Source: Catajapyx aquilonaris (taxonomy: Eukaryota). From it: 20,000 nt of DNA. The stretch spans positions 56,640 to 76,639 of the forward strand of contig JYFJ02001538.1 in assembly GCA_000934665.2 (NCBI GenBank), in the 5' to 3' direction. This document shows, piece by piece, positions 19,307 through 20,000 of the stretch; position 1 is the stretch's first letter; each line of letters starts with the position of its first letter. The notes under the pieces are model-generated. The model saw nothing but the letters and a program-made list of their open reading frames with translations, searched no databases and was not told the origin of the DNA. The translations under genes were made by a program, and so were the position numbers.

Positions 19307-19959
19307 GCCTGCGGTGTAGGCCATGTTCTTAATGATTCTCACCCAACAATTATCCTCATCATACTCCCCTCCCCCCGACCTCCCCCCTCCTTATATTAAA
19401 CCTTTGACGGCTAATACATCATAATATTACGATGTCCTGATGGTTTGTGAATTTAGCCCTGGAGGATGTGCATAGAGAAGGCGAACTTTTCAGTGTCAAA
19501 CTCGGTTCAATATGCTCCTGCCATCTCTTGGATTGTGACTCAAGTACCATGGCAACTCTAGATCTCCCCCTCCCCCCTGTTCCCGCCAAGTTGAGTCGTA
19601 TATGCCAAGGTCACGTTGCTCCCACGTGATCGTTTATGTAAACATGTTCCCTCAGTACTACAGGGTGCCCGTAAAGTATGGACTCTTGGACTTGGCAGTT
19701 TTTTTTTTAAAGTTACCCCGTGATAAGGCGGAGCCTTTTTAGGGGGGTGGAATACCACCATTTCACTCAATTTTTCTAGATTTTAACTTCAATATCCGGT
19801 GCAAGGAGTCAAGGATGTAGGGTAGGGGTAGGGATTTTTGGGGAGGGAACATAGGTGCAAGTGCAAGATCTGTAAAGGGGTCATGTGCTGGTCCCCAGGA
19901 GGCTAGGTTGCCAGACACCTCCTTGGTGCAGGTCAGAGACCCTCCTGACGCAGGTGAAA

Positions 19960-20000
19960 GGAAAGTTCCCCAGGCGGGGATCGAACCTGGGGGCCTTTCA
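19960..20000 (-). mobile_element. tRNA-derived head (SINE or pseudo-tRNA), truncated by the window edge
   Basis: Minus strand reads TGAAAGGCCCCCAGGTTCGATCCCCGCCTGGGGAA: Pol III B-box GGTTCGATCC with a distorted CCAGG/CCTGG T-stem; the A-box would lie outside the window. Confidence 0.5.

Overview
Eukaryotic (metazoan, most likely arthropod/invertebrate) genomic DNA, not prokaryotic. Positions ~1-12.6 kb contain no supportable protein-coding gene. They are a patchwork of non-autonomous DNA-transposon relics (fold-back/MITE-type elements, a Helitron-like element) and AT-rich mini/microsatellites. Positions 12.7-15.8 kb (minus strand) hold an intact 7-exon HGSNAT (heparan-alpha-glucosaminide N-acetyltransferase/TMEM76) orthologue, ~594 aa, that I could splice by hand with canonical GT-AG introns. 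Head-to-head with it, 16.8-19.1 kb (plus strand) holds a 4-exon, ~520-aa charged/coiled-coil protein gene that I do not recognise. The ~1 kb between the genes carries two adjacent perfect palindromes, a compound trinucleotide microsatellite and a possible spliced upstream ORF (or the last exon of another gene) ending 31 nt before the HGSNAT ATG. The window ends in a tRNA-derived (SINE-like) head. I see no CRISPR, phage or prokaryotic system. The most novel candidates are the orphan gene, the HGSNAT 5' region and the palindrome/Helitron structures.
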